Source: Eledone cirrhosa (Eukaryota). Taken from it: DNA of 64,000 nucleotides. The stretch is from the NCBI GenBank assembly GCA_964016885.1, contig OZ024750.1, positions 16,678,001 to 16,742,000 of the forward strand, read 5' to 3'. A model generated the notes under the pieces. The model was given only the letters and a program-made list of their open reading frames with translations. It did no database searches and had not been told where the DNA came from. Numbering within the stretch: the first letter of the stretch is position 1; the number at the start of each line of letters is the position of its first letter. This document shows positions 33,240-48,004 of this stretch, in pieces. A program made the position numbers and the translations under genes.

Positions 33240-33985
33240 AATATGGTTGGTGGTGGTGATGGGGAGATGGTGGCGGTGTGGTGGTGGTGTGCGGGTGGCG
33301 GTAGTATTGTTGGTGGTGATGGGGTGTTGGTGGTGGTGGTGGTGGTAGTATTGTTGGTGGTGATGGGGTGGTGGTGCTGGTGGTGGTGGTAGTATTGTTG
33401 GTGGTGATGGAGTGGTGGTGGTGGTGGTAGTATTGTTGGCGGTGGTGGTGGTGGTGGTGGTGGTGGTGGTAGTATTGTTGGCGGTGATGGGGTGGTGGTG
33501 GTGGTGGTGGTGGTCGTGGTGGTAGTATTGTTGGTGGTGATGGGGTGGTGGTGTTGGTGGTGGTGGTGTTGTGGTGGTGGTGGTGGTGATGGCGGTGTTG
33601 ATGATGGTGGTGATGGTGGTGTTGATGGCGGTGATGATGGTGGTGGTGATGGCGGTGTTGGTGGTGGTGGTGTTGATGGTGGTAGTGATGTTCATGACGG
33701 TGTTGGGTGCTGTGGTGGTGGTGGTGGGAGTAAGAGTGGAGGTGTTACTTCTGTTGTTGAAGGTGGTTCTGGTGGTGTTGGTGAGGGTAGTGGTGGTGGG
33801 TGTGTTGTCTCTGCTGTTGATGGTGACAGTGGTGGTGTTGATGGTGGTGGTGATGTTCATGGTGGTGTTGTGGTGGTGTTGGTGGGGGAGGAAAGGTGGA
33901 GGTGTTGTTTCTGCTGTTGATGATGCTGGTGATGTTCATGATGGTGGTGGCAATGATGGTGTTGATGGCGGTGGTGATGGTGTTG
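33240..33985. repeat. (GGT)n-derived low-complexity tract
   Basis: Direct reading. Confidence 0.9.
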
Positions 33986-34064
33986 ACGTTTGAAACGAAA
34001 GGATTGGGGAGCTAATTGGGTTGGCATCATCGCTCTTTATGAAGAAAACAACATGCACACTCAC

Positions 34065-34172
34065 GCTGCCAGCATTAGGGCCAATCCGGATATGAACGTC
34101 GGCGAACGGAAGCGGTCATTATGATGACCTCGTCGTCTATGTACAGTCGCCATCTTGAACTGCGTCTGACGC
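34065..34172 (-). other. Candidate exon (possibly first coding exon) in a CpG-rich island
   Basis: Minus strand tgcag|GCGTC...GCAGC|gtgagt, 108 bp. Open frame with caagATGGcg start at 34153 gives MATVHRRRGHHNDRFRSPTFISGLALMLA. No homology recognised. Confidence 0.4.
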
Positions 34173-34734
34173 CTGCATAAGCAAGCTTATGGTATATTAA
34201 CAAATAAATCCAAACCGCTTTTGCATGCTGCGCCGACGCAAAGCGACAATCTAGTCTCACGCCTTGCCACAGTAAGACATCCGTTTATTATAAACGCCAC
34301 CCACTCTTTTACTTTTATTTTTTATTATTTTATCTTTGTTATATTTGTCCGCCATTTTTTTTTTCTTTTCGCTTTTATTCAGCAATTATTTCGCTTTATT
34401 TAAAGTCCCATTGAAAATAGATTTCCAACACATTTGATGATGATATGAGCAGTTGAGGAGAGAGAGAGTCTTTGTGTCAATGAACGGAACTTTTTAAGAA
34501 TCGGAAAGAATGAAGGAGATATGGAATCCTGGAATAGAAGTCAGACAACAACAACAACAACGGCAACAACAAAGACAAAAATAAATAAATTAAACAAAAA
34601 CAAAAATGCAGGATATATAAAATGGAAAATGTTAATAGAAAGGTATATAGCGCTCGCAGACTCATGTACACACACAAACATGTGTATGTGTGTATACATA
34701 TATACATTAACGTATATATATATATATATGGGTG

Positions 34735-34795
<61 letters not shown>

Positions 34796-34816
34796 GCGTA
34801 TGTATCTGTATGTATG

Positions 34817-34876
<60 letters not shown>

Positions 34877-34983
34877 TATGTATACATTATATATATAAAT
34901 CAGGATAGATTCAATTTGAAACTGGTTAGACCATTACTCAACAGAGTACTCGATACTTGGGGTAGTAGAGTATGGTTATATTA

Positions 34984-35100
34984 TAATTGTTTCTATATTT
35001 GGCACAAGGCCAACAATTACTCAGTGCATTACTGGTACTTTATTTTATCGACCCCGTAAGGATGAAAGGCAAAGTTAACCTCGGCGGGATTTGAACTCAG
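34984..35100 (-). mobile_element. SINE family A, truncated, nested in a short cassette
   Basis: Interrupts the element whose uninterrupted relative is 37452-37590; ttatattataat repeated around it. Confidence 0.8.
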
Positions 35101-35447
35101 TTATATTATAATGAATCAGTTATATTATAAGGGTTATATTATAATGAATCAGGACCTGGCGGTTGAGTTCTTGCCGTTTGAACAACTAATTCTAGATTCT
35201 AGAACTCGCTATTGAAACGAGAACAGCTCAGCTGTCGTGTCCCGACACGTAATAATATATATATAACTTTGATAACTTTGATAGGTTTCGCCCTGTATTG
35301 GCCCAGGCCATGTCTAACTTAATAGCAACACCAGGATATATATATATATATATATATATATACGTTATTCCGGGTTGAATCGGAGGTAACCACAGTAAGT
35401 AAGGTACTCAATACATTGCAGAGTATAAAAGTTTTAATATAGATGAG

Positions 35448-35494
35448 ATTCTACAGGACTAGAACTGTTTCATTCTTTAGAAATCATCAGGAAT
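35448..35494 (-). ncRNA. Type I hammerhead motif
   Basis: ATTC-CTGATGA-tTTC taaa GAAt-GAA-ACAG ttctagtc CTGT-A/GAAT; cassette 35364-35494 between (TA)n runs. Confidence 0.75.
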
Positions 35495-35560
35495 ATATAT
35501 ATATATAGTGGTGGAACACAGGAAGGTAATATCCGTAGTAGTAGAGCACTCAGTCCAAGG

Positions 35561-35697
35561 GTTACACAACAGTTAGTTCACCATACCGTGAACAATTGTT
35601 TCACCTTAGCGGATCCTATAACCATGCCCATTCCCAGCTGAGGATCCACTAAGGTGAAATAATTGTTCTCGGTATGGTGAACTAACTGTTGTGTAAC
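35561..35697. repeat. 57-bp inverted repeat overlapping a hammerhead-like motif
   Basis: Arms 35561-35617 and 35641-35697 (about 3 mismatches); plus strand CTGAGGA-tccactaaggt-GAAA-TAATTG-TT at 35638-35667. Confidence 0.8.
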
Positions 35698-35699
35698 TA

Positions 35700-35744
<45 letters not shown>

Positions 35745-35958
35745 GGAGGTCCTCCGTCGTTTCCAATGATGAGTAGTGCAGTAGATTCAATTAACGGAAC
35801 TGCCAGCTCATAAAATTAACGTCTACGTGGCTGAATATTCTACAAACACGTGTTCCCTTGTCATACCTTTTTAGTGAGTGACAGGTACAACTCATATTTG
35901 ACAGCTGAGTGAACTGGAGCAACCTGAAATTAATCTGTTTTGCTCAAGGACACAACCC
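35745..35958 (-). mobile_element. SINE family B body
   Basis: gaactggagcaacctgaaat...tgctcaaggacacaac is the reverse complement of the family B CORE-like region. Confidence 0.75.
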
Positions 35959-35960
35959 CA

Positions 35961-38271
<2,311 letters not shown>

Positions 38272-38564
38272 TGATGTGAAGATTTTGCAACATCTGAATG
38301 CTATCATAGGAGTTACAGAGAGCTTAGAGTTTCGTTACAAGACTTCTTTATCACATGCGCACACCGCCATATATATAGATATATAAATATAAAGGCATGT
38401 GTGTATGTGTTGCCTTGATTTTTAAATTTTTTTTGGTTATTTGTCCTTTCTTCACCTTAGATGATTTTTTCTTGTTCTTTGTTGTTTTTGTTATTTGCTA
38501 TAATTACTGGTGTCTTGTTTGTTTTTCAATCGTTGCATATTTCTCTCTCTCTCCTCCCTCATCT

Positions 38565-39560
38565 CTTCCCCTCACTATCTCTTCTCCTTCACTCTAGCTC
38601 TCCCCCTCACTATCTCTCTCCTTCACTCTAGCTCTCCCTCTCCCTATCTCTTCTCCTTCACTCTAGCTCTCCCCCTCACTATCTCTTCTCCTTCACTCTA
38701 GCTCTCCTCCTCCCTATCTCTTCTCCTTCACTCTAGCTCTCCCCCTCACTATCTCTTCTCCTTCACTCTAGCTCTCCTCCTCCCTATCTCTTCTCCTTCA
38801 CTCTAGCTCTCCCCCTCACTACCTCTTCTCCTTCACTCTAGCTCTCCCTCTCCCTCTCCCTATCTCTTCTCCTTCACTCTAGCTCTCCCCCTCACTATCT
38901 CTTCTCCTTCACTCTAGCTCTCCTCCTGCCTATCTCTTCTCCTTCACTCTAGCTCTCCCCCTCACTATCTCTTCTCCTTCACTCTAGCTCTCCCCCTCAC
39001 TATCTCTTCTCCTTCACTCTAGCTCTCCCCCTCACTATCTCTTCTCCTTCACTCTAGCTCTCCCTCTCCCTATCTCTTCTCCTTCACTCTAGCTCTCCCC
39101 CTCACTATCTCTTCTCCTTCACTCTAGCTCTCCTCTCCCTATCTCTTCTCCTTCACTCTAGCTCTCCCCCTCACTATCTCTTCTCCTTCACTCTAGCTCT
39201 CCTCCTCCCTATCTCTTCTCCTTCACTCTAGCTCTCCCCCTCACTATCTCTTCTCCTTCACTCTAGCTCTCCCCCTCACTATCTCTTCTCCTTCACTCTA
39301 GCTCTCCCTCTCCCTATCTCTTCTCCTTCACTCTAGCTCTCCCTCTCCCTATCTCTTTTCCTTCATTCTAGCTCTCCCCCTCACTATCTCTTCTCCTTCA
39401 CTCTAGCTCTCCTCCTCCCTATCTCTTCTCCTTCACTCTAACTCTCCCCCTCCCTATCTCTTCTCCTTCACTCTATCTCTCCCCTTCACTATTTCTCTGC
39501 TAACTCACTCTATGTCTCCCTCTCACTATCTCTTCTCCCTCACTCTATCCCCCTCACTAT
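38565..39560. repeat. Pyrimidine-rich minisatellite, about 35 bp unit, about 27 copies
   Basis: Unit ctcactatctcttctccttcactctagctctcccc with alternating variants. Confidence 0.95.
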
Positions 39561-39669
39561 CTCTGCTAACTCACTCTATCTCTTCCCATCACTCTATCTC
39601 CCCCTGTCTCATATCTCCAAGTCTTTTCACCTCCCCTATTGTCAAACATTTTTTTATAGATCTAAGACT

Positions 39670-40300
39670 ACGTTCGTTGTTGTCGTTGTTGTTGTTCTAA
39701 TTATTTGTAGTTGTTATAGTTGTTCTTGTCATTGTTTCTGTTGCTGTTGTTCTTGTCATTGTTGCCATTGCTGTTATTGTTGTTATTGTTGTTGTCATTG
39801 CTGTTGTTGTTGCCATTGCTGTTGTCGTCGTCGTCATCGTTGTTGTTGTTATTGTTGTCGTTGGTGTTGTTATTGTTGTTGTCATTGTCGTTGTTTACGT
39901 TTTTGTAGTCAATACTGTCTTTGTTTTTGTCATTGCTGTTGTTGTTATTCTCGTTGTTTTTGTTGTTGTTATTGTAGTTATTGTTGTTATTGTCGTTGTT
40001 ATTGTCGTTGTTTTTGTTGCTGTTATTGTAGTTATTGTTGTTATTGTCGTTGTTATTGTCGTTGTTTTTGTTGTTGTTATTGTAGTTATTGTTGTTGTTA
40101 CAGTTGTTGTTATAGTTGTTTTGTTGTTATAGTTGTTGTTGCAGTTGTTGTTATAGTTGTTTTGTTGTTATAGCTGTTGTTATTGTTGCAGTTATAGTTG
40201 TAGTTATTATTGTAGTTATTGTTGTAGATATAGTTATTGTTATTGTTGTTGTTATAGTTATTGTTGTTGTTACTGCTGTTGTTATTGTTGTTGTTATTGT
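39670..40300. repeat. (GTT)n-derived low-complexity tract
   Basis: Direct reading. Confidence 0.9.
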
Positions 40301-40469
40301 GATCAGCAGGCATCATTAGTTTCCACTTTGAGGAAAAAGGCGGGAATTAATTTGTTATTTAAATCCCCTCCTTCCTCCTCAATCCCGCACTCACCTCCAC
40401 CCCCCCTCCACACTCACACATTTACATAACCTCTAAACACCCACACACACACTCTCGCACATACAACCG

Positions 40470-41200
40470 CGTGGTGGTGGTGGAGGTGTTGTTATTGTTA
40501 GTGGTGTTGGTGATGATGGTAGTCATGTTGTGTTCTTCTTGGTGGTGCTGTTGGCGTTGTTGGTGGTGGTGGTGCTGTTGGTGTTGTTGATGGTGATGGT
40601 GGTTGTGTTATTGGTGGTGGTGTTGATGTTGGTGGTAGTGGTGGTGGTGCTGTTGGTGGTGTTGTTGTTGATGGTGATGGTGGTTGTGTTATTGGTGGTG
40701 GTGTTGATGTTGGTGGTAGTGGTGGTGGTGCTGTTGGTGGTGTTGTTGTTGATGGTGATGGTGGTTGTGTTATTGGTGGTGGTGTTAAGGTTGGTGGTAG
40801 TGGTGGTGGTGCTGTTGGTGGTGTTGTTGTTGATGGTGATGGTGGTTGTGTTATTGGTGGTGGTGTTGATGTTGGTGGTAGTGGTGGTGGTGCTGTTGGT
40901 GGTAGTGATGGTGGTGGTGGTAGTGGTAGTGATGTTAGTGGTAGTGAAGGTGTTGGTGTTGGTGGTAGTGATGGTGGTGGTGGTAGTGGTAGGGATGTTA
41001 GTGGTAGTGAAGGTGTTGGTGTTGGTGGTAGTCGTGTTATTGGTGTTGGTGTTGGTGGTGATGTTGGTGGTAGTGATGGTGGTGGTGGTAGTGGTAGTGA
41101 TGTTAGTGGTAGTGAAGGTGTTGGTGTTGGTGGTAGTGATGGTGGTGGTGGTAGTGGTAGTGATGTTAGTGGTAGTGAAGGTGGTGGTGTTGGTGGTGCC
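40470..41200. repeat. (GGT)n-derived tract with 81-bp and 60-bp higher-order units
   Basis: About four near-identical 81-bp units followed by 60-bp units. Confidence 0.85.
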
Positions 41201-41482
41201 GTTATTGTTGATAGTGTTAACATTAATTACGAGGTGTTACGAGGAGAGAGAGAGCATATATTGATAGTGTGTAAAGAAGAGAAGGTTCACTCCTACATTT
41301 CTTACCTACACTTGTGAACCCTGTCTATTTGCAATGAGGGGACAAGTGGGTCCCTGTATATTTAATGACTTCCGTGAAGTGAGAAAGGGACGGGGGCGCA
41401 AACATGAGATGAGAAATAAAAGTGTATTTAATGAATATACATGCATTCATGATATGAACACATAAGATTATATATATATACT

Positions 41483-41561
<79 letters not shown>

Positions 41562-41782
41562 AATTAAGTTAAAAATGTACATCCACATATGTATACTGAA
41601 ATACTAGTATGCATATGAATACACACACGTGTACATATGTAGATGTACCGAGTTTTTCACTGGTCACTTTACTGTGAGTGTCCAGCTATTCTGTATGTAA
41701 ACACACAGACAAACCGGTTTTTAGAGTCATACTGGTTTTTGAGGAAACACCTTTCCTCTATTCTCCAGAAAGCCAGACAAGG

Positions 41783-41827
41783 AATATTGGACTAGTTTCG
41801 ATGTTGTTACATCTCATCAGCAATATT
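41783..41827 (-). ncRNA. Minimal type I hammerhead ribozyme (canonical)
   Basis: AATATTG-CTGATGA-GATG taacaa CATC-GAAAC-TA-GTC/CAATATT: 7-bp stem I, GUC site, palindromic ACTAGT stem III. Confidence 0.9.
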
Positions 41828-42056
41828 TACCTATCTTCCGGCCTTTCTAGAGAATTGTAAAAGCACATATCGTTATATGCTTTTTCTATGAAAATTAGTA
41901 GTGGGCAGACTAATTTGCATAGAGCGTGAGTACGTACCGGTTCAACGGAGACGATAAAAACAAATAACGAAACGAAATTAAATTTCGTTAAGCGTCAGTC
42001 ATACAAAAGTGAGTTACAAACGAAACGAAATTTAATTTCGTTTCGTTATTTGTTTT

Positions 42057-42092
<36 letters not shown>

Positions 42093-42236
42093 TATATATA
42101 TTAATGTTTGAGACACTGGTAATTTACTAGAAGATAGAATGAGAAATAAACTAAACGAACAAATAGAAACATAGAGAGCGATATATATAAGTTTATCCCG
42201 GGTTCAATCGGGGGTAACCACAGTAAGTAAGGTACT

Positions 42237-42287
<51 letters not shown>

Positions 42288-42496
42288 TAAAAGGAAAAAA
42301 AAATGCTGACAAATTTTTGTCAGTGAAAAATAGTTTAATTAGGAATAAGTAAAAATTAGTAATAAGTATTGGTTAGTATTCAGTTTTAGTTTTAAGTTTT
42401 AAGTTTTTACCGGTTGCGCATTTCTAAAGCTTTTCAAAAATAATTTTGAGATAGAGCGCCCGTGATTTTTGCTCTCTCTCTCTATATATATATATT

Positions 42497-42533
<37 letters not shown>

Positions 42534-42594
42534 ATGCATTATATATTATACATGTATGATTTCTCCCGAATGAAACAGTTCTGTAGAAGCCATT

Positions 42595-42715
<121 letters not shown>

Positions 42716-42849
42716 ACATATATATATATATATATATGAAAAAACAATGTTGTCGAGACGAAGTGACAGTGTATTTGAATATTTGAATATATATAAAAAT
42801 GAGAAACCCCATCGCTAGAACAGCTGCTGAAAGTTGAAGGCTATTGAAG

Positions 42850-43275
42850 ATAACTGTTTCTACTTTAGGCACAAGGCCAGCAAATTACCCAGTACATTAC
42901 TGGTACTTTATTTTATCGACCCCGTAAGGATGAAAGGCAAAGTCAACCTCGGCGGGATTTGAACTCAGATTGTAAAGGGACGTAACTATGCTGGAAAGCA
43001 TGGCGTCCGACCCTCTACCGATACTGCCACTCCACCACCCTTGGCGGTGATAACCATGAACAAAGCGATTGAAGATAACGATGGGTAAAAAATCGTCAGA
43101 GGACAGCGGCCAGTGGTCAACAGAGGGACAAACCGCAAGTACTTTATTCTATCGATCCTGTTAAAATGAAAAGGTAAAGCTATCCTCGGCGGGATCGAAA
43201 ATCAGAACGTAAAGAGACGTGACTCTATGCCGCAAAACATGTGTCTGACGCTCTACCGACTCAGCCAATCCATCC
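42850..43275 (-). mobile_element. Two SINE family A copies (42850-43040; 43137-43275)
   Basis: Reverse copies, the second more diverged. Confidence 0.85.
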
Positions 43276-43375
43276 TCCTATGGTGAGTAATAAGAAAAAT
43301 TGCTATGACACCTCATTTGTCATCATTTCATTATAATTGTGAAGTGAAGCTACGCCAATGACTAAGAGTTTCGTA

Positions 43376-43460
<85 letters not shown>

Positions 43461-43494
43461 TATATATATATTTATATTTATATTTATATATACA

Positions 43495-43617
<123 letters not shown>

Positions 43618-44166
43618 GGGAGAAAGAAACAGGGAGAGAGAGGTTGGTGGCAATGTATAAGAGAATGAGAGAGAGAGAGACAGAGAGAGGGAAAGAAACA
43701 GACAGAGAGGCTGGTGGCAATGTATAAGGGAATGAGTGAGGGAGAGAGAAAGTGTGTGTGTGTGTGCGTGTGCGTGTGTGTGTGTGTGTGAGCGAGAGAG
43801 AGAGAGAGGGTGGTGGTGGTGGTGGTGAAGATAAAGAAGGTATGAGTAAGAATTCTAATCATTATGGCACCCTTTTGTCATTAGTTTGATGTCATAATTA
43901 TTAAAAAATACAAAGAAATCCTAGCTTGAACTCCCGTATCATATGTTATTGTATAGTGTTTCTACCGCCGCAAACCAAACAACAGGAATCTGGGTTCACA
44001 GTCTACTTAGAAAAAAAAACAGTAAAGTAAAATAAATGTAAAAATATGCAAATAATTGAAATAAGTAATTTACAAGAAAAATTAAAAACAACTACTTTTA
44101 TGTAGTTTAGTAAATGTGATAATAATTCTATTTTCTTTTTGTTTTCTGTCACACATACACACACAC

Positions 44167-44197
<31 letters not shown>

Positions 44198-44222
44198 TGT
44201 GTATGCCTGTCTCTTTCGCCCT

Positions 44223-44362
<140 letters not shown>

Positions 44363-44415
44363 TTATATATATAATATATATATATATAACAGAAAAACAG
44401 AACTATTATCACAAT

Positions 44416-44447
<32 letters not shown>

Positions 44448-44770
44448 TAGAAAGTAAGGTTTTTTTTACAAAATGAAAGATAACGAGATGTCCTACATGA
44501 GTGAAAGGATAAGGAAAAAAGATGAAATTGAAAATGCAACTGGAGTCTTTTTAAAAAAAATATATATTTATTTGATTCCTTTACGGTTTCGCAGTTCTTG
44601 TGCTTTTCAAAAGTAGAATTGAGTTGGAGGGTTTGTGGTTTTTCTCGCATCTGGTTCGAATGTTATTTCTGTTTTATATAGAAAAAAGTGGCTCGAAATG
44701 TTAGGTTTTTAGAAAAGTAATTTGGTTTGTTGATGACTGTCATGTGAATAAGTATAATAAATTTCGCGCC

Positions 44771-45090
44771 ATAATTGCATTTTTCATAGAAATGCCGTCA
44801 AAATGTCAATATAATGGCATTTTTCATAGAAATGCCGTCAAAATGTCAACATAATGGCATTTTACATAGAGATGCCGTCAAAATGTCAACATAATGGCAT
44901 TTTTCATAGAAATGCCGTCAAAATGTCAACATAATGGCATTTTACATAGAGATGCCGTCAAAATGTCAACATAATGGCATTTTACATAGAAATGCCGTCA
45001 AAATGTCAACATAATGGCATTTTACATAGAGATGCCGTCAAAATGTCAACATAATGGCATTTTTCATAGAAATGCCGTCAAAATGTCAAC
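44771..45090. repeat. Minisatellite, 8 x 40 bp
   Basis: Unit ataatggcatttt(t/a)cataga(a/g)atgccgtcaaaatgtcaac; internal inverted ggcattt/aaatgcc. Confidence 0.95.
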
Positions 45091-45189
45091 GTAATACAAA
45101 GTGTGAAAGTGTGGGAAAGAGGCGGAAAAGGGTGTAATGAGGGAGAATCAACACCAGGAGGTCAACCACAAGACAATGAGGTCACGTAA

Positions 45190-46132
45190 AGTGATATGTG
45201 TTTCTTTCACAAGAAATTTGAAGCAAAAGATACCAAGTAACCATGTAACTTCAATAGCTCTTCATCATCGACTCCGGGAGAAACTCTAGGACCTGCCACC
45301 AATAAACACCCTGGTGGTCGGCAAACATGATCAACTGTCCTGTATGTCTATGATCAGATCTCCAGTCAGATTCTTAATCGAACACAAGTAGAAGTCAGTG
45401 TCATCTCGGCATCTGCAAACAACCTCCGTTATAGAGTGGGGAGTGAGTGGCAGCTGCCAATAATTCTACAATCAAAGCTTACAGATACTGTACTCTCTCC
45501 CTCCACAGAGGCTCACAGTAATATACATGGACATTCACCGTCGCTGATGCCCATCTGCCTATCATTGGAGCAGACTTCCTTCGGGCCCACTCACTGCTGG
45601 TCGATAATCAGGGGAGACGACTTGTCAATAGCAGTAACTATGCCTCTGTTTCTCTGGCAACATCTGCACGTGTGACTTTTCATATATCAAACGTATCTGA
45701 GACCAAGAACGAGTTCTCAGAATTCCTTTTGAATTACCTGAAACTCATAATCATGACATCTCCCAATCCACAACTCACCACAGAGTAAAGCACTACATTC
45801 CAACCACCAGTTCTTCAGTACACAGCCGTGTATGTCGTCTACCACCAGACAAATTTGCTATTGTGAAGGTCAAATTTGACAATATGGAAGATTTGTGCAT
45901 CGTTCATCGATCAAACCGTCTCTGATCTTCACCTCTACACGAAGCGCCAAAACCCAATAGAGCTTGGCGACTCAGCAGGGATTATCGCCGTCTTAACAAA
46001 AGTACCTCACCCTACTGCTACCCCATTCTGCATATACAAAAGCTTCTCGGTTCAGTTAGCAGGGTGCTCGATTTTATCAAAAATCTACCTCAACCAAGGT
46101 TATCATCAATTACCTGTACTAGATGATAACAT
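45190..46132 (+). pseudogene. Decayed Ty3/Gypsy gag-end/protease/RT fragment (CsRn1-like)
   Basis: MCFFHKKF...PCNF (gag), LYVYDQ..FLI..EVSVI, AANNSTIKAY, WTFTVADAHLPIIGADFLRAHSLLVD (protease), KHYIPTT..VHSRVCRLPPDK, DYRRLN, SKIYLNQGYHQLPV (RT); frameshifts and stops. Confidence 0.9.
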
Positions 46133-46494
46133 GTAAATACAATTTAATACAAAAAGAAAAAAGAAAATTTAGATTGGGAAGAAAGAATGGAATGTAAAAT
46201 AAGAAAATATAAAAAAAAAAAACACGAAAAAAAAAAGATAATGCAAAGGCTCTAGTCACAATAATGAAAATTATTAAAAAAAATAAAGTTAAAAGGAAAG
46301 AGAACACACAACGGCTTTGTTGTTAATGTTATTATTAATGTTATAAAATATTGTTGTTGTTGTTGATGCATTTTCTTTTTTCCTCTTTTTGTTATTTCTC
46401 CTTTATGTAAATTTCTCGTTTCCATGTAAAGCCACATTGCATCGTTTTGTACCATCCTTGATGTTTTAGTAAGCCCTTCTGTTGAATAAATAAA

Positions 46495-46900
46495 GGATTA
46501 TTGGCCGTATCGGTAGAGGGGCGGACACCATGCTTTGAGGCATAGAGTTATGGCCTTTTGCGTTCTGAGATCAAATTCCACCGAGGTTAACTTTGACTTT
46601 CATCCCTACGGGATCGATAGAGAAAGTAACAGTAATGTACTTGGGTCTATTTAATCGAATTTCTCCTCCCCTCAAAAATTGGTGGCCTTGTGGATTGGCA
46701 GAATCGGTAGAGCGTCGGATACTATGTTTCGCAGCATAAAGTTACGTCCCTTTACGTTCTGAGTTCAAATCTCGCCGAGGTTAGCTTTCCCATTCATCCT
46801 TACAGGGGTCGATAAAATAAAGTACCAGTAATACACTGGGGTCGATTCAATCGACTTTGTCCCCCCCCCCCACCCCTCCTTCAAATTTCTGGCCTCTCAG
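46495..46900 (+). mobile_element. Two tandem SINE family A copies
   Basis: 46495-46690 and 46690-46900, each with A/B boxes. Confidence 0.85.
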
Positions 46901-46911
46901 GAATAAGTGGC

Positions 46912-47195
46912 AGAAGAAGAAGAAGAAGAAGAAGAAGAAGAAGAAGAAGAAGAAGAAGAAGAAGAAGAAAAAGAAGAAGAAGGAGAAAAAGAAGAAGAAG
47001 AAGGAGAAGAAGAAGAACAATATCATCTTCATTATTGATGTTGCTGTTATTATTCTGTATCTATTAAATGTATTATGTATTTATATATATGGATAAAAGA
47101 AAAAGAAAAAGAAAAAGAAAAAGAAAAAGAAAAAGAAAAAGAAAAAGAAAAAGAAAAAGAAAAAGAAAAACAAAACAAAACAAAACAAAAACAAA
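46912..47195. repeat. (AAG)n, (A5G)n and (A4C)n tracts
   Basis: Direct reading. Confidence 0.95.
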
Positions 47196-47574
47196 CCTTT
47201 TTCGTTTCTCAGAAATGGAAATTGAAATAAATATAATCTAAACATAAAATAAATATGAAATGAAATATTTCTTTTAAATTATTTTGTCCTTCATTGTTGT
47301 TGTTGTTTTTCTTTTATTATCGTCTGCTTTTCATTGAAAATGAAATGAAAGAATATGAAAGAATATGAAAGACTATAAATAAAACCTGTTCCTAGAAAGT
47401 GGTTCAGTCTTGTGTAACGTTAAGAAAGGAATATTTATTATTCTTGAGAATAAACGAGTCATAAATAGCAGATGTATATTTAACTCTATTCTTAGATAAA
47501 ATATTTATTTTTCGGCGGGGCAAGGGGCCCTCTATGAAACTGAGTATCTTTGAAAATTAAACGTGAACAAATAA

Positions 47575-47649
<75 letters not shown>

Positions 47650-47725
47650 AAGGTCAAGGACACAACAAACAGAAGAACAAAAAGTCTTATTAGTTACACG
47701 CTTTATATGGAGAAGGGGAAAGAAA

Positions 47726-47761
47726 GTTCAACGTTTCGGCATTTAGCCCTTCTTCAGGAGT
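47726..47761 (-). ncRNA. Minimal type I hammerhead motif
   Basis: actc-CTGAAGA-agGGC taaat GCC-GAAACGTT/gaac; palindromic AACGTT; weak stem I. Confidence 0.7.
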
Positions 47762-47966
47762 ACTCTTGTACAAAAATAGAGACAGGTTCACAAAGTATAT
47801 ATATATATATATATATTATAGAATACTGTTAACTTCTCGCTAAATCAATTTCTATACCTTTCATTTATATATATATATATATATATACTTTGTGAACCTG
47901 TCTCTATTTTTAGTGTTGAAATGGAGTATATATCTTATCAAATGATTCTATAGACATAATTTATAG

Positions 47967-48004
<38 letters not shown>

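Noticed and set aside
40498-41223. Pro/Thr-rich mucin- or extensin-like ORF
   Set aside because: Triplet-derived tract open on both strands, no splice evidence, similar tracts elsewhere.
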